From contig NC_069003.1 in the NCBI RefSeq assembly GCF_001194135.2, forward strand, positions 19,283,400 to 19,347,399: 64,000 nucleotides of DNA. Direction: 5' to 3'. A model generated the notes under the pieces. The model saw nothing but the letters and a program-made list of their open reading frames with translations. It did no database searches and was not told the origin of the DNA. The stretch comes from Octopus bimaculoides (lineage: Eukaryota). Below are positions 11,711 to 25,549 of the stretch, piece after piece. A program made the position numbers and the translations under genes. How positions within the stretch are numbered: position 1 is the first letter of the stretch; each line of letters opens with the position of its first letter.

Positions 11711-12687
11711 ATGTTGAGGCTATGTTGTTGACTGTACAAGGAAATTGAAGAGGAGGTTGTGGAAGATGATAATATATAGTAATTTCTCAGTTAGGCACCA
11801 GGTCAGAAATGTGAGGGTGGCAACAATTGATTATATCAACCCATGTACTTAATCAGTATTTTATTTCATTGACCCTGAAAAGCTAAAAGACAAAGTTGAT
11901 CTTTGCCTACTGTCTTCATTTCCACTTGATGGCCTCTCAGCAGCCATTCTGAATAAGGGTAATGCACTGTATTGTATGGATTTATAGGTAAACCAATAGT
12001 GGAAGTATGAAACAAGAAATCCACACCAAGCAATAAAATGGTAGAATGCAATGAAAGCAGTGATATTCTGCATTAGTAAAACGTGTATGTAGCTTATTAA
12101 TTCAGGTTCAAGAATGGATATGGGAAAACAAAATAGGGTGAAGTAATGTTATGGTGTGAGAGCTGTACAATTTGGGAAGAACAGCTGGATCAAAGTTAGT
12201 AGCAAGAGCCAGGTTAGTTGAATTGACACATATAGTAACGAGGTATGAGGGTAGATGAGGGCATAGGTAGGCATTGGTAAAATGTTGAGAACAATAATAA
12301 ACAAGATCACTTGAAACAGTGCCTGCACAAACAAGGTAGGGAAGTATGGCTAAATGGTTAAAAGGTTCCAGGTTGGATTCCACACCAAGTCATATTGGAG
12401 CAAGTGTCTTTTACTATAACCTTGGATTGGCCTAATCCTTGTGACTAAAACTAAGTAGATGAAAACTGTGTTGAAGCCTGTCAGATGGATTGAACCTATG
12501 ATTTGAAGGGTTTGGCTTTGTCTCACACTGTGTCACATTCATTCTGTCTGAGGATTATGTGACATGTGCCTGTGGAATACTCAGATATTTACATGCTGTT
12601 TCAATAAGCAGATAGATTGGTTGATTAAAGAACTGAACAGCCATTGTTGAAAGTGACAAAAATCAATTTATTTTATATTTATGTACA

Positions 12688-12725
<38 letters not shown>

Positions 12726-12820
12726 TGAGAGAGAGAGAGAGAAAGAGAGAGAGTATGCATGTGTCACTGTATATACAAATATCTATCTATATGTGAATGT
12801 ACATGTGTGAAAATATGTGA

Positions 12821-12870
<50 letters not shown>

Positions 12871-13461
12871 ATATACACGTATGAGAGTAGTATACACATG
12901 TGTGCATGCGTATGTATATATATATGATTGTGTTAATGCATGTGTGCGTAAAAATATTTTCATAAAATATGAGAGCGAGAGAGTGTGTGTGTGTGTGACT
13001 GTAATTGCTTGCCAGAACAAAAGCTGCCAGCCCATTTCAATTCTTGTTATGATATCATTTCAAATGAGTTTGTGAGATGAAATTAGAGCAGCTAAAGTAA
13101 TTTTGCAGACTCTGCAAGATGGCTTTCCTTCTGTTTAGGAGGCGGATCCACTGTGCAGTTTGGTTCCACTGCAAAACACTCTAAGATCAATTCTCAGCAT
13201 CACCCCATCTCACTTTACATCTAACCCAACCCTGAACAGTGAACACACACATTCTTGAAATAACTAGTGGACTAAACCTTTTTTTCTTTTGAAATTGTTT
13301 CATAATGAATCAATGAGTATATGTAAATGCTTGTATGAATACATATAAACATGAGCAAGTTTTCCAAGTATTCCTTTATTGTTTCCAGCCCAAAGGCCAT
13401 GGCCATGCTGATGCACCACTATTATATATTTATATACACACATGTTGTTGTTGTTGTTGTT

Positions 13462-13837
13462 GGCACTCCGTCGCTTATGACGTCGAGGGCTTCAGTCGAT
13501 CCGATCAACGGAACAGCCTGCTCGTGAAATTAACATGCAAGTGACTGAGCACTCCACAGACACGTGTACCCTTAACATAGTTCTCGGGGATATTCAGCGT
13601 GACACAGTGTGACAAGGCTGGCCCTTTGAAATATAGGTATAACAAAAACAGGAAGAAAGAGTGAGAGAAAGTTGTGGTGGAAGAGTACAGCAGGGTTCGC
13701 CACCATCCCTTGTCGGAGCCTCGTGGAGCTTTAGGTGCTTTCACTCAATAAACACTTACAATGCCTGGTCTGGGAATCGAAACCGCGATCCTATGACCGC
13801 GAGTTCGCTGCCCTAACCACTGGGCCATTGCACTTCC
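13462..13837 (-). mobile_element. tRNA-derived SINE family B, near full length
   Basis: Minus head ggaagtgcaaTGGCCCAGTGGttagggcagcgaactcgcggtcataggatcgcGGTTTCGATTCCc shows A and B boxes. Tail runs into (CAA)n. Confidence 0.9.
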
Positions 13838-14099
13838 ACTATACACACATATACATNNNNNNNNNNNNNNNNNNNNNNNNNNNNNNNNNNNNNNNNNNNN
13901 NNNNNNNNNNNNNNNNNNNNNNNNNNNNNNNNNNNNNNNNNNNNNNNNNNNNNNNNNNNNNNNNNNNNNNNNNNNNNNNNNATAGTTTAAGGTTCAATCC
14001 TACTGTGTGGACCCTTGGGTGAATGTCTTCTATGTTTTCTCATATGTCTGTTTGAGTCAAATGTTTCTGTATTATGGACCTAATTTTTGTATCATCAAT

Positions 14100-14216
14100 T
14101 AGATGAAGGTAACACATTTAAGCACCTTTATCCTGATATTGCTGGAGAACTGGGGTCAGTGTAATTGACTAGCCCTCTCCCCATAAATTTCAGGCCTTGT
14201 ACCAAGAGTAGAAATG

Positions 14217-14275
<59 letters not shown>

Positions 14276-14490
14276 CATCATTATTAAGAAAACAAGCAGA
14301 CAGAATCGTCCTTAGCAGCATTTCATTCATCTTTATGTTCTGAAGTCAAATTCTGTCATGGTTAACTTCACCTTTCATCCTTCTGATGTCAATAAAATAA
14401 GTACCAGTTGAGCACTGAGGTCAATGTAATTGACTGGTTCCTCCTCTGAAATTACTGGCCTTGTGCCAAAATTTGAAACCATTATTATTG
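14100..14490 (+). mobile_element. Two tandem SINE family C copies separated by (TTA)n
   Basis: Central cctttcatcctt...ataaaataagtaccagttgagcactg and tail ...aaatttcaggccttgt...attattatt. Confidence 0.8.
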
Positions 14491-15430
14491 TGGACGATGT
14501 TACCATCATGGTGTTGGATATCTCCGAAGTGGAGACAGTTGGTACCAGTCTCTGGGCACTGAGAAAAACAAACTGGCTAATCTGTTCCAGAGGACTTTCT
14601 GGTTGGGAACTATCATGGATAATTCCCAGATGTCCTTGGCCTGGTAGTGCCACCAGTTCAAGATAAACTCTACAGGCATGAATGTGCTGTCAGACGGGCT
14701 CATCCAAGGTGCATGCAGAGTGATGAAACCACTCTGCATGCACTCATCTAGTGTCTGGGCATTGCTGACTTGTAGGACTATGTGTAGAATAGATCCATCT
14801 ATCAGCTCAGTCTATAGTGGTGATTGCCCTGCAGCTCTCCTTCAGTTGGGCAGGCAAGGCAGTTTACCTTTGCCTGGTGGCTGTGGTGAAAGAGGTTGTT
14901 TGATGGATAAGGCTGAAAGGCATGAGGACAGATACATTTCTCTTTGGCAATGCTCTCATTGATTTCTTCAAGTTTCACTTGAAAAAGGAAATTGAGAGTG
15001 GAGAGGGAAGTGCTGTCCTTGAGTGAGTTTACTGAAAGATGGGTGAAAGTTGCGAAAATGGCAAGAGTGGATGGTACCTCTCTAAGTGTAGACTTGTGAG
15101 TTGGAGAGAAGGAATTGGAGACAGCACTTGCACATTGATGTTCAGGGAAATCTTGGACAGTAGGGTTCCTTGATTATCCTTAGAAGTCATCCTCTATCAG
15201 GACTATATCTCTATCATCTTCCCCCACATTTTTTCTTTAAACCTTTGTATACTATGTATATTTCCCTTCCTTTTCATTGCACACTGCGTATATTCAACAT
15301 TTTCTTTTGTTACTTATTTAATTATTTTATCATTTCATTATATGTAAACCCCAACACTTTATGTCTGTCTTTGTATTGTCTCCCTCATTCTTCACCTTAG
15401 TGGCAAATAAATGAAATCATTATTATTATC
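14490..15430 (+). mobile_element. L1/Tx1-clade LINE 3' fragment, decayed and internally deleted
   Basis: VDDVTIMV (YADDVT-like) at the start. C-terminal FFKFHL/KRKLRVEREVLSLSEFTERWVKVAKMARVDGTSLSVDL* with stop at 15097-15099. 3' UTR ends in AAATAAA and (ATT)n. Confidence 0.7.
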
Positions 15431-15466
15431 ATTATTCACCTTGGTAGCAAGGAAATGAAATCATCA

Positions 15467-15498
<32 letters not shown>

Positions 15499-15712
15499 GT
15501 TCAGTAGTTTTATTTTTATAACGTGCTTTCACTTCACTACCGAGCGCAGCTCTGTGCGCCTTGGGTATGTGCTGTGGTTTGCTGTGGTGCTCTTATGTTT
15601 ACTGTATTGAAAGTGTTTTGCGTAGAATGTGTGCAGTACCCAGTAGTGCAATTTTCTGTATGTTATATATATTTGTAAGTCCTGGTGTTTTTGTTATGTA
15701 TTTGTCTGAATA

Positions 15713-15718
<6 letters not shown>
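15499..15718 (-). mobile_element. R4/Dong-clade LINE 3' end inside a (TAA)n tract
   Basis: Minus translation KKYSDKYITKTPGLTNIYNIQKIALLGTAHILRKTLSIQ* (stop 15601-15599). (TTA)n on both sides. Confidence 0.75.
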
Positions 15719-15771
<53 letters not shown>

Positions 15772-15772
<1 letters not shown>

Positions 15773-16350
15773 GGTAGTGAGCTTAGTAGCATTTCATCCA
15801 TTTTTATGTTCTGAGTTGAAATTCTGAAGAGGTCAACTTTGCCTTTCATCCTTTCAGAGTCAATCAGATAAACATTGATGCACAGGAGTCAATGAAATCG
15901 ACTAGTCCCTTCCCTCAAAATTTCAGGCCGTTGTGCCTATAATAGAAAGGGTTATTTTGCATGAAAGGATGAAAGGCAAAGAATTCTGCCGAGATCGACT
16001 TTGTCTTTCAACCTTTCAGGGCTGATAAATTAAGTATCAGTGAATCACTGGGGTCAATGTAATCGACTAGTTCTCTCCCTCAAATTTCAGGCCTTGTGCC
16101 TATAGTCGAAAGGATTACTATTATTATTAAGGCAGCAAGCTGGCAGAATCATTAGCACACCAGGTGAAATTCTCAGCGGCATTTTGTCCTTCCTTACATT
16201 CAGAGTTCAAATTCCACTGAGGTCGACTTTGCCTTTCATCCTTTTGGGGTCAATAAATTAAGTACCAGTGAAACACTGGGATTGATGTAATCGACATATC
16301 CCTCTCTCCTAAATTCCAGGCCTTGTGTCTATAGTAAAAAGCTTATTATT
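15772..16350 (+). mobile_element. Three tandem SINE family C copies
   Basis: Repeated ttctgagttcaaatt...gactttgcctttcatccttt...aaatttcaggccttgtgcctatagt units. Confidence 0.85.
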
Positions 16351-16357
16351 AGTAGTA

Positions 16358-16760
16358 GAAGTATTGACTTCTTCTATGGCCAAACCTTCATACACATTTT
16401 CAAGGTTCACTTGAAAAGGAAAATGACAGTGGAGATGGAAGTGCTACATCCTGGCAAATTTGTAGAATGGGAACACAATCCAAGAGAACAGGCCTGCTCT
16501 GGTCATGCACCTACAGATTGGAAAGGGACACCTGAGAGAGGGTACTTGGTTAAGTAGTCGTGGATTTGTGGGGTTCCCACAAGTAGCCCACAGCGGTCTT
16601 CCCCACATGGAGAATTTTTGTTTATTTGAATTATATTTTAAAAGTTTTTACAGTTTCTTTTATGCAATTCCAAAATGTATCATCCTGTACTGCCCGTGAA
16701 CTTCTTTCGATCCTTTCTGGTTGATGGTGCCATGCAGATATTCTAAGAAAGCTGTGGATT
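16358..16760 (+). mobile_element. Second L1/Tx1-like 3' fragment
   Basis: KVHLKRKMTVEMEVL...FVEW is similar to the C-terminus encoded at 14970-15050. Confidence 0.55.
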
Positions 16761-16944
16761 GGCAGAACTGATAGTGTCAGATAAAATTCCCTGTCTCTTT
16801 GTCCTGAGATCAAATCCAGCAGAGGTCAATTTTACCTTTCATCCTTTCAGTTAAGTTCTGAGGTTGATGTAACTGATTTGTTGCCTCTCCTCAAAATTTC
16901 TGGTTGTGTCAAAATTAGCAAGAATTTGCATAAAGAAGTGCTAA

Positions 16945-17335
16945 TCACTTAATGTGGATGGAAGTTGAGGAAGGGAGGGACCCAAGAAGACATGGGACAA
17001 AGTACTGAAGGTTGACCTCAAAACACTGAGCTTTATGAAGGAGATGACAAAGGACTGAGGTATATGGTACATTGCTGTACCCAAGACGACCAGCCCATCA
17101 CAATAGAACAGAATTGATGTACTAAAACCACCTTAGTGATGCTTACTTATGAAGGGCACTGATGCTGCCACATAAAATGCACCCAGTACACACTGTGAAG
17201 TGATTGGCATTAGAAAAGGCATCCAGCTAGAGAAACCAAGCCAAAACTGACTGCAGCTCCTGGCCTGGCCAGCTCCTGTCAAACTGTCCAACCCATGCCA
17301 GCATGGAAAACAGACACTAAATAATGTTGATGATG
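16945..17335 (+). mobile_element. RTE LINE 3' end
   Basis: NVDGS*GRGRPKKTWDKVLKVDL motif followed by the family tail and (GAT)n. Confidence 0.75.
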
Positions 17336-17336
17336 G

Positions 17337-17508
17337 TGACTTTCACTGCACTATTGAGCGCAGTTCTGTGTGCACTGGATAAGTGCAGTGTTTTCTTTTG
17401 GACTTATTATTTTTACTGTGTTGACAGTGCTCTATACAATACATGTGCATTGTTTAGCAGCTGTTTATACATATTTCTAAGTTTGGGTTAGGTCTTTGTC
17501 TACATGTT

Positions 17509-17510
<2 letters not shown>
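17337..17510 (-). mobile_element. Older R4/Dong-like 3' fragment
   Basis: Nucleotide similarity to 15499-15718. Minus translation KQLLNNAHVLYRALSTQ*. Adjacent to (TAT)n. Confidence 0.55.
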
Positions 17511-17554
<44 letters not shown>

Positions 17555-17971
17555 GTTAATGATACAAACATCAAACAGCTATAAATCTTAAGTTTCAGAT
17601 CTTAACTGGACCTGATTCAATTTCTCTTACATTGCTCACATTCTTGAGAACAGCATGTGTCACAGTTTCTCATTCTTTACTTTTTGAAAAAGAAAATATA
17701 TCTCACATTACATAGAAATTAAAGGAACCATTTATAAACACACAAATACACACTTATGTAATATTGTACATATTGGATAAGCCAAAACTGGCAAAAGTTT
17801 GAAATTACTGTCAATAAAATCATAATATATACAAAAATCTACACAAGTATTGCGTGCATTAAATAAATATGTTCTTTTTATGTATTTAAAAACATTCATG
17901 TCAGACATTATATACATAGGTATGCATTTATATATGCATATGAATATTTATGTGTGTGTGTGTATGTATGT

Positions 17972-18012
<41 letters not shown>

Positions 18013-18307
18013 NNNNNNNNNNNNNNNNNNNNNNNNNNNNNNNNNNNNNNNNNNNNNNNNNNNNNNNNNNNNNNNNNNNNNNNNNNNNNNNNNNNNNTGT
18101 GTGTATCTTCATATGTGTGTCTGTTTGCATATATATATATGTAGTATTGCACATATTGGATAAACCATCACTGGCAAAACTTCAAAGTTACTGTCAATAA
18201 AATTATAATATATATATGAATCTATACATGTACTGAATGCATTATTCAGTAAACATATGTTGTTTTTATGCATTTAAAAGCATTCATGTTAGACATTATA
18301 TACATAA

Positions 18308-18670
18308 GGAGTGTCTGTGTGGTAAGAAGCTTGCTTCCCAACCACATAGTTCCAGGTTCAGTCCCACTGCGTGGCACCTTGGGCAAGTCTTCTGCTATAT
18401 AGCATTGGGTCGACTAAAGCTTTGTGAAAGAAGCCCGTCATATATATATATGTGTGTGTGTGTGTGTTTGTCTGTGGTTGTCCCTCCACTATTGCTTGAT
18501 AACCGATGTTGGTATGTTTACATCCTTGTAACTTAGTGGTTCGGCAAAAAAGACCGATAGAAATACTAGACTTACAAAGAATAAGTCTTGGGGTTGATTA
18601 GTTTGATTAAAGACAGTGCTCCAGCATGGCTGCAGTCAAATGACTGAAACAAGTAAAAGAATAAAAGAAT
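18308..18670 (+). mobile_element. tRNA-derived SINE family A, near full length
   Basis: A-box-like tgtctgtgtggt and B-box-like ggttcagtccca, then body and aaaagaataaaag tail. Further copies at about 19240-19590(-), 20930-21090(-), 24000-24160(+), 40990-41260(+), 44770-45155(-), 49240-49620(+), 50165-50560(+), 50610-50815(-), 54160-54470(-). Confidence 0.85.
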
Positions 18671-20383
18671 AAGTGTATGTGTGTATGGGTATATATATCT
18701 TTATATATGTGTATGTGTCTGTGTATATGTACTTGTGTGTGTAAATGTATGTGTGTATGTAGATGTGGATGTGTGCAAACAGGGATTTGAACCCAGAATG
18801 CAAAGACCTAGGATAAATACCACAGGGCACCCAATCAGATGCTCTTACAGTTGCACCAATCCATTACCTTAGATCACTCTCTTTTTCTTTTTCATCAACT
18901 ATCAACCCTGAAAAGATGAAACTGACTGCTGTGGGATTTGAATCCACAGTTGTGAGTGATAGAACAAATATCTACAAAATATTCAATCCAACTCTTTAAA
19001 AACTCTCAATTTGCTGCCTGAGGGAAAAGAAATTTTCCTATTAAATTATTGGAAAAGTTTTTCTTTCTCAGAGAAAAGGACATTCCTGAAGCATCATGTT
19101 TCTCTGGTCCAAGGATGTAGAAATTGTTCCAAACTTCTTCACTGTTTAAGTTCTGGCTGATACAGTTTTGTTTGTATAAGGTATAAGATATGAAAGTTTT
19201 TTTTCAAAGTTCATCCAACAAAACCCAATGGATTCTAGGATCATATATCAGTTATTTTTCACTTGTTTTAGCTATTATACTGTGGCCATGCTGGGGCACC
19301 ATCTTGAAATGTCTAATTAAACAAATTACCCTAATACTTAGTTTTCTTTCTAAGTTTATTTTATTGGTCCTTTTTTTGTTGAACCACTAAACTACTGTCA
19401 AGCAGTAGTGAAGGACAAACACAAAGAGACATACATACATATATGTACAGTAGGCTTCTTTCAGTTTCCATCTACCAAATCCACTCAGAAGTCTTTAGTC
19501 AGTAGTAGTTGAGGCAGTAGTAGAAGACACTTTCCCAAGGTGCCATGTGCTAGGACTGAACTCTAGACCACATGGTTTGGAAGCAAAGCCTACTTATTGA
19601 ATCAATGTGTCAATGTAACCTAGTCATCTATAGACTCATGGTCCCTTAACATAAATCTTTCTCTCAGCATTTCGTTGTTGACATCTAAGTTAGTCTCTTG
19701 CATTTAAAAGCATTCCAGCTGTGACCATATTACCAAGCATACTGCATAACGAGCCAAATTATTTAATTTGTCCTTCATTTTCTGTAAGATGGCAAGCTGT
19801 GAGGTGAGAGAGACTTGGCTGCGTTTTTAACAAGTTATGTAACTACATGGATGTTCCCCCGTCTCTTTGGTGTTTTTATTCAAAGGAAGTGAAATGTAAT
19901 GGTTAGGGGAAGTACTCACTTTGAATCAAAGGGAGTAAAAGTAATGATCAAGGAAGATACTCCTATTCCATGCCATTAGATTGATAGAACATATATTATT
20001 AAACACGTTAGTGTCAACTGATTTATTTCAGGAAAGGAAATGGTCAGGATATTGTTAAAGAAGACAGCAGCATTTTCAGAATAAGGTGGCGGTGCTAGTC
20101 GTAGTAGTAGTAGCAGCAGCAAGCAGCCTATAGTTGGAAACTCTTTCCTGATGCTGTTTCTGTTGGAGAAGGCAGGATTTGATGGTGCTGGCAGTGGTGG
20201 AGGGATCGATGTAGTGGTGGTGATGATCACAACATTTACAGTGCCTCCCCCCCCACTCATACTGGCAACAATAACAACAGCAGGAGGAGGAGGAGGAGTA
20301 AAAGCAAGCAAAACAAGCCATCAGTGCAACAGCTGGTGGATTATTTCTGAAGATAGAGAAACTAGGTAATATATCTGTCATCC

Positions 20384-20433
<50 letters not shown>

Positions 20434-21128
20434 ACGTGTGGAAGATGTGTGTGTTTGTGTGTGTTTAGTAAGAAGTTTGTTTTCCAAGAAATAGGTTTCT
20501 GGGTTCAGTCCCACTGCATGGCACTAATGTCTTGTGAGTCAAGTTGGTAGACAGAACTGTATTAAACCCATCATCTGTGTGTGTGTGTGTGTGTGCATGC
20601 ATGCATGTACCCGTGTCTTGACAACATGCAATGGTTGTAAAACAAGCATCACTGTCATACAGGTGATGATATTCCTTTCCAGTCTTCTGTGAAAAAGATG
20701 TTAGGCCACAGTAGTTTATAACCAAACATTCTTGTTGTTGCTAACTTTCAGTTTTTTTTCAGACTAAGGATTTTTATATTCCACAGGTTTCCAAAAGCCG
20801 AAAGGGTCAAGCAATACCAACATCAGTACAGCTTACATGAGGACAACATGCTTGCACATTGGCATCACTTCACACACACATACATACACACAGACACACA
20901 CACAAACACATGCACCCACAAACACATAAATGATGGGTTTAATACAGTTCCATCTACCAACTTGATGCACAAGGCATTGGTTGAACAGAGGCAACAGTAG
21001 AAGACACTTGCACAAGGTGCTGCACAGAGGGACTGAACCTGAAATGACATGGTTGTATAGCAAACTTCTTATCCACACAGCCATACTTCTGCAGTTTCAT
21101 CTATCTACATATATACATATACATAAAT

Positions 21129-21164
<36 letters not shown>

Positions 21165-21451
21165 NNNNNNNNNNNNNNNNNNNNNNNNNNNNNNNNNNNN
21201 NNNNNNNNNNNNNNNNNNNNNNNNNNNNNNNNNNNNNNNNNNNNNNNNNNNNNNNNNNNNNNNNNNNNNNNNNNNNNNNNNNNNNNNNNNNGCGTTATTG
21301 TATAGTAACGCCCTTATATAAATATAAATATATATATATTTCGGGAATAAATGAGGGATTTTTTCCCTTATGAGGTTTTTTTCACGCTAGCTACTTGATA
21401 AATTCTTGTAAAAGAATTTGCCCTATTATGGAAAATTTTATATATATATAT

Positions 21452-21507
<56 letters not shown>

Positions 21508-24158
21508 AGGTAGTTGGCACCAGGAAAAGGTATTTCGCTGCAAGAAGCTTTTTTTGAATTCAATTTAAATCTCTTGTCTGCCACATTGCTATGCAAAAGG
21601 AGAGGGGGTGGGAAACATTGCCCTGTGTATTATGCAATCTGGACTGATTTGTTTAGCATAGTCCAATACCAAGGATGAATTTGGGATGGTGCCAAACATT
21701 GCCATGCCTGCCTACCGAAACTAATGCCAACTTTAACAAGTGATGACATACATATGTATGAAGGTACATATACACACAAACTGATATAAACTCACTCAAA
21801 CACTTACACATGCATAAACAAACATTTCAGGGATTTTTATATTTTAAACAGAAAAAAAAAAAGGATTTATCTGGAATAAATAGTAAAGGTTAATGCTGTG
21901 TACTTCTTGGTTTATAATCTCATATTTGCTATTTGTTATGTATTTAATAATTTCAAATTTCCTATAAAATATAAAATTATTCCTAACATATAACATTTTA
22001 CATTTCATTTACACATATTGTCATTTTTAATATTCCATGGAACGAACAGGGATGATGTAGTTGCTGTTGGCATCAGGTCATCTTTGATTATACACTCATG
22101 TGATAATGAGAGACATTCCAAAAATGACCATCCTATCTTTTCAGAAATGTCTAGGATTACATTATTTAATATGACGTTTCTTTTTATTTAACAGGTATGA
22201 TGTGATTCGAAGGTGATTTGGTAGTTTTTTGGCAGATCTAACATGAATGGAGTTTTAGCGATTATGTTTGAAATGAACAAAATCATCAACAAGCTAACAG
22301 GTTGATTTCAATTTCTAAATATGGGTTTGCCTTCACACATGTTTTTAATCATTTCAAGAAAAACTTGATTAAAATAAAAACCTCCCCCCTGTACATCTCA
22401 TATGAGATTGTGATGCCTCATGCTTATTATATAAGAGGTCATGTTACCTCCTTCATTTAAGTAGGTTAAAGCAAATGAGGGGAGAAAGTGTTGGCCTCCT
22501 CTTTGATGCAATGCTACAGTAACCACGGTATTATATTTGTGTATCCTCTTAACCTCAATTTCCAAACAGTAAAGTAGGCAACTTAAAAGAAAAAAAAAAG
22601 GAATAATTTTATTGTAGGGGTTAACAAAGTAACCAAGAACTGACAAAGGTCTGGTGGTTTATAGGTGTATTTCTGTCAATTTTATGCCAATGAGTATTCT
22701 GTTTCTCAATCAACTGGACTATTGGACTATCTGTCCATTAACTTAGTAAGTGGCTGAGTATTGCTCAGACATTTGCACTGTTAATGTAATCCTCAAGCAA
22801 AATCAGTGTGACATAGCAGTGTGTGACAATGATATTTTATTTTTAATATTACAAGTATAATCCATCCAATGTTCTTATAAATAGTTTAGTTTCCATCTAT
22901 CCAGTTTTACTTTTGAGGATTGGATCAATCTGAATCTCAGATAAAAAACAAAAAAACTTCCCCTAAGATGCCATGCAGCAAGATTGAATTCAAGACCTTG
23001 TGATTACGAAACAAACTCTTTTATAGAACCCAAATAAAACTTTCACACATGACAATTTTGTCAAAACAATTAAATAGTTACAAGAATGGCTATGTAACAG
23101 TTAAGAATTTGGTTTTGCAAGTAGATGAGTTCAAATTTCACCAAGGTCAATTTTGCCTTGACAAAGGACCGAGATAACTGGTGCCTTGCTATACTCAAGA
23201 AAAACCTGTCCTCTATAGCAGAAGTGTTAAGGCCATATCCATTGGTGAAGAGGATTGGTGTGCAAGAGTCCTGTGCTGGTGCCATGTAAAAAGCTCTTGT
23301 GCCGGTGCCATGTTAAAAGCACCTAATGCCAACCACCGTAAAGTGGTTGGCATTAGGAAGGACATCCAGTTATAGAAATGAAGCTAAGTGAGACTGGAAT
23401 CAGGTGCAGCTCTTTGACTTGCCAGCTTTAGTCAAACCATCAACCCATGCCAGCATAGGAATGAATGTATGATGATGATGTTGATGATCTTTTTGAGATT
23501 GATAAAATAAAGAACTAGTTAAGTCCTGGAGTCAGTAGTATTGACTAAAACCCTCCTCCAAAATTTCAAGCCTTGTGACTTATTATTGTTGCTGCTGCTG
23601 ATAATGGTGAGGAATAAGTTTAGAAGTTAATATTAAGATCAATAAAATCCAACTTAGACAATAGAGTTGTGTCACTGAACCATTTTCCTTCCAAGTAAAG
23701 AAAGGACAGCTGCTACTATTGGTTTAAATAGAAGGAAGATATAGAATAAAATAGCATAAAGCAAAAACAAAGTGAAAATAGAAAAATTAAAATAAAAAAT
23801 TGAAACAATAAGATTAAAATAAAATAAAATATATTAAAACAATGAAATTACAAATATATTTTTTTCTTTGCTTTTTTTGGTTGATTCACAAGAACAACAA
23901 AATAGCTTATCAAAGATATTGTGATGGACAGCAGGTGAAATATTTCATCTGCATTTGAAATACTGCCATTATCATCATTATCATGTGAATTAGGTACAAG
24001 TATGGCTATGTGGATAAGAAGTTTGCTTCCCAACCATGTGATTTCAAGTTCAGGCCCACTGTTTGGAACCTCAGGCAAGTATCTTAGGCTATAGCTTCCA
24101 GATAACCAAAGCCTTGCGAATGGATCTGGTAGATGGAAACTGAAAAATCCAGTCATAT

Positions 24159-24216
<58 letters not shown>

Positions 24217-24415
24217 ATCATGTAACTGACCAGACAATCAGCTGTTGTTACACATTGCTAGTCACAATGCACTTTGCATAGAGTACAACAGCCTCACCAC
24301 TAAGCCACACACCTACGCGTGCACACACACATGAGTGAGTGAAAACAGGAAAGACTGGGGCAGATATTTGGCAGAAGTTACATATCCTTTTTTAATAGCT
24401 GTTATTAATATATGC

Positions 24416-24451
<36 letters not shown>

Positions 24452-25549
24452 TCCCATCTTGACATCATATCATTGTTATAAATAAGCATCACTGTTATAC
24501 AAGCAATGTTGTTTGTTTCCAGTCTTCCACAAAAAACACGTCTGGTTAAAGAGAAATATTACCATGCAAAGAAACAGTTAGGGGTTGGCAGCAGCAAAAG
24601 CCTCTGGTTGTAGAAAATTTACCTCAGCAAACTCTATCTGACCCATGCGAGCATGGAAAAGTTGACATTAAATGATGATCATGACAGTAAACTTTTGTAG
24701 TCATTATTATAATTATTATGATTCAAGAAACTGAGTAAGGACTTAAAGAAACAAAGGTAAATCACTTTTGTTTTGAGAAAATAAATGCAAAAGAATCAAG
24801 AAATAAGTAATTAAATCATTTAACAGAGAACCTGAAAGTGAATAAAGCAGAAAATAATTGCTTGTAAACTCATGGGTTAAAGTCCCTTTAGATGAAACAA
24901 TGGTCAAAAGCCAACCCCCTTTTGCTCACTACTTTTCCCATCCAAACAGGTTTTTAACCCAGTATATTGGTTTCAAATTTTGACACAAGGCCAGCAATTT
25001 TGGGGGAGGGTGTAAGTTGATGCTAATATCGATTCTAGTACTCAACTGGTACTTATTTTACTGAGCATGAAAGGATGACATGCTAAGTCAACCCCAGCGG
25101 AATTTGAACTCAGAACATAAAGACGGACAAAATGCTGCTAAGCATTTTGCCTGACATGCTAACAATTCTGCCAGCTCACCATTTTTTAAACTTAGTATAT
25201 TACAAATTCATTAAATGACATATCATTTTGTTTTGGAAAATGCTGATTTTGTTCTTGTCTATCAGTTCTGTTTTAACAATCCATTCCTGTAGTTGTTTTT
25301 GTTGTTTAGATTACAAAGGCATTCCAGCAATGATGAGCAACCAGTTTCAAGATGTGGGTTGCATGAGACATGGCTCACCATCAGGCAGGCTGCATCACTA
25401 AAAACAAAATTTTAAGGTTATTTTTCATTTGGTGTGCTATTCAGAATGCCCCATGGGTTGCAGTTTGCTTACAACTGATCTATGATCAGCTTGTCTTTTT
25501 AAGGGGTGGGAGACTACATTATTTAATGTTCCTCGACATTATATAAAGC

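Noticed and set aside
13770-13837. tRNA-like sequence with A and B boxes
   Set aside because: It is the head of a multi-copy SINE continuing into a 300-bp body; not a tRNA gene.
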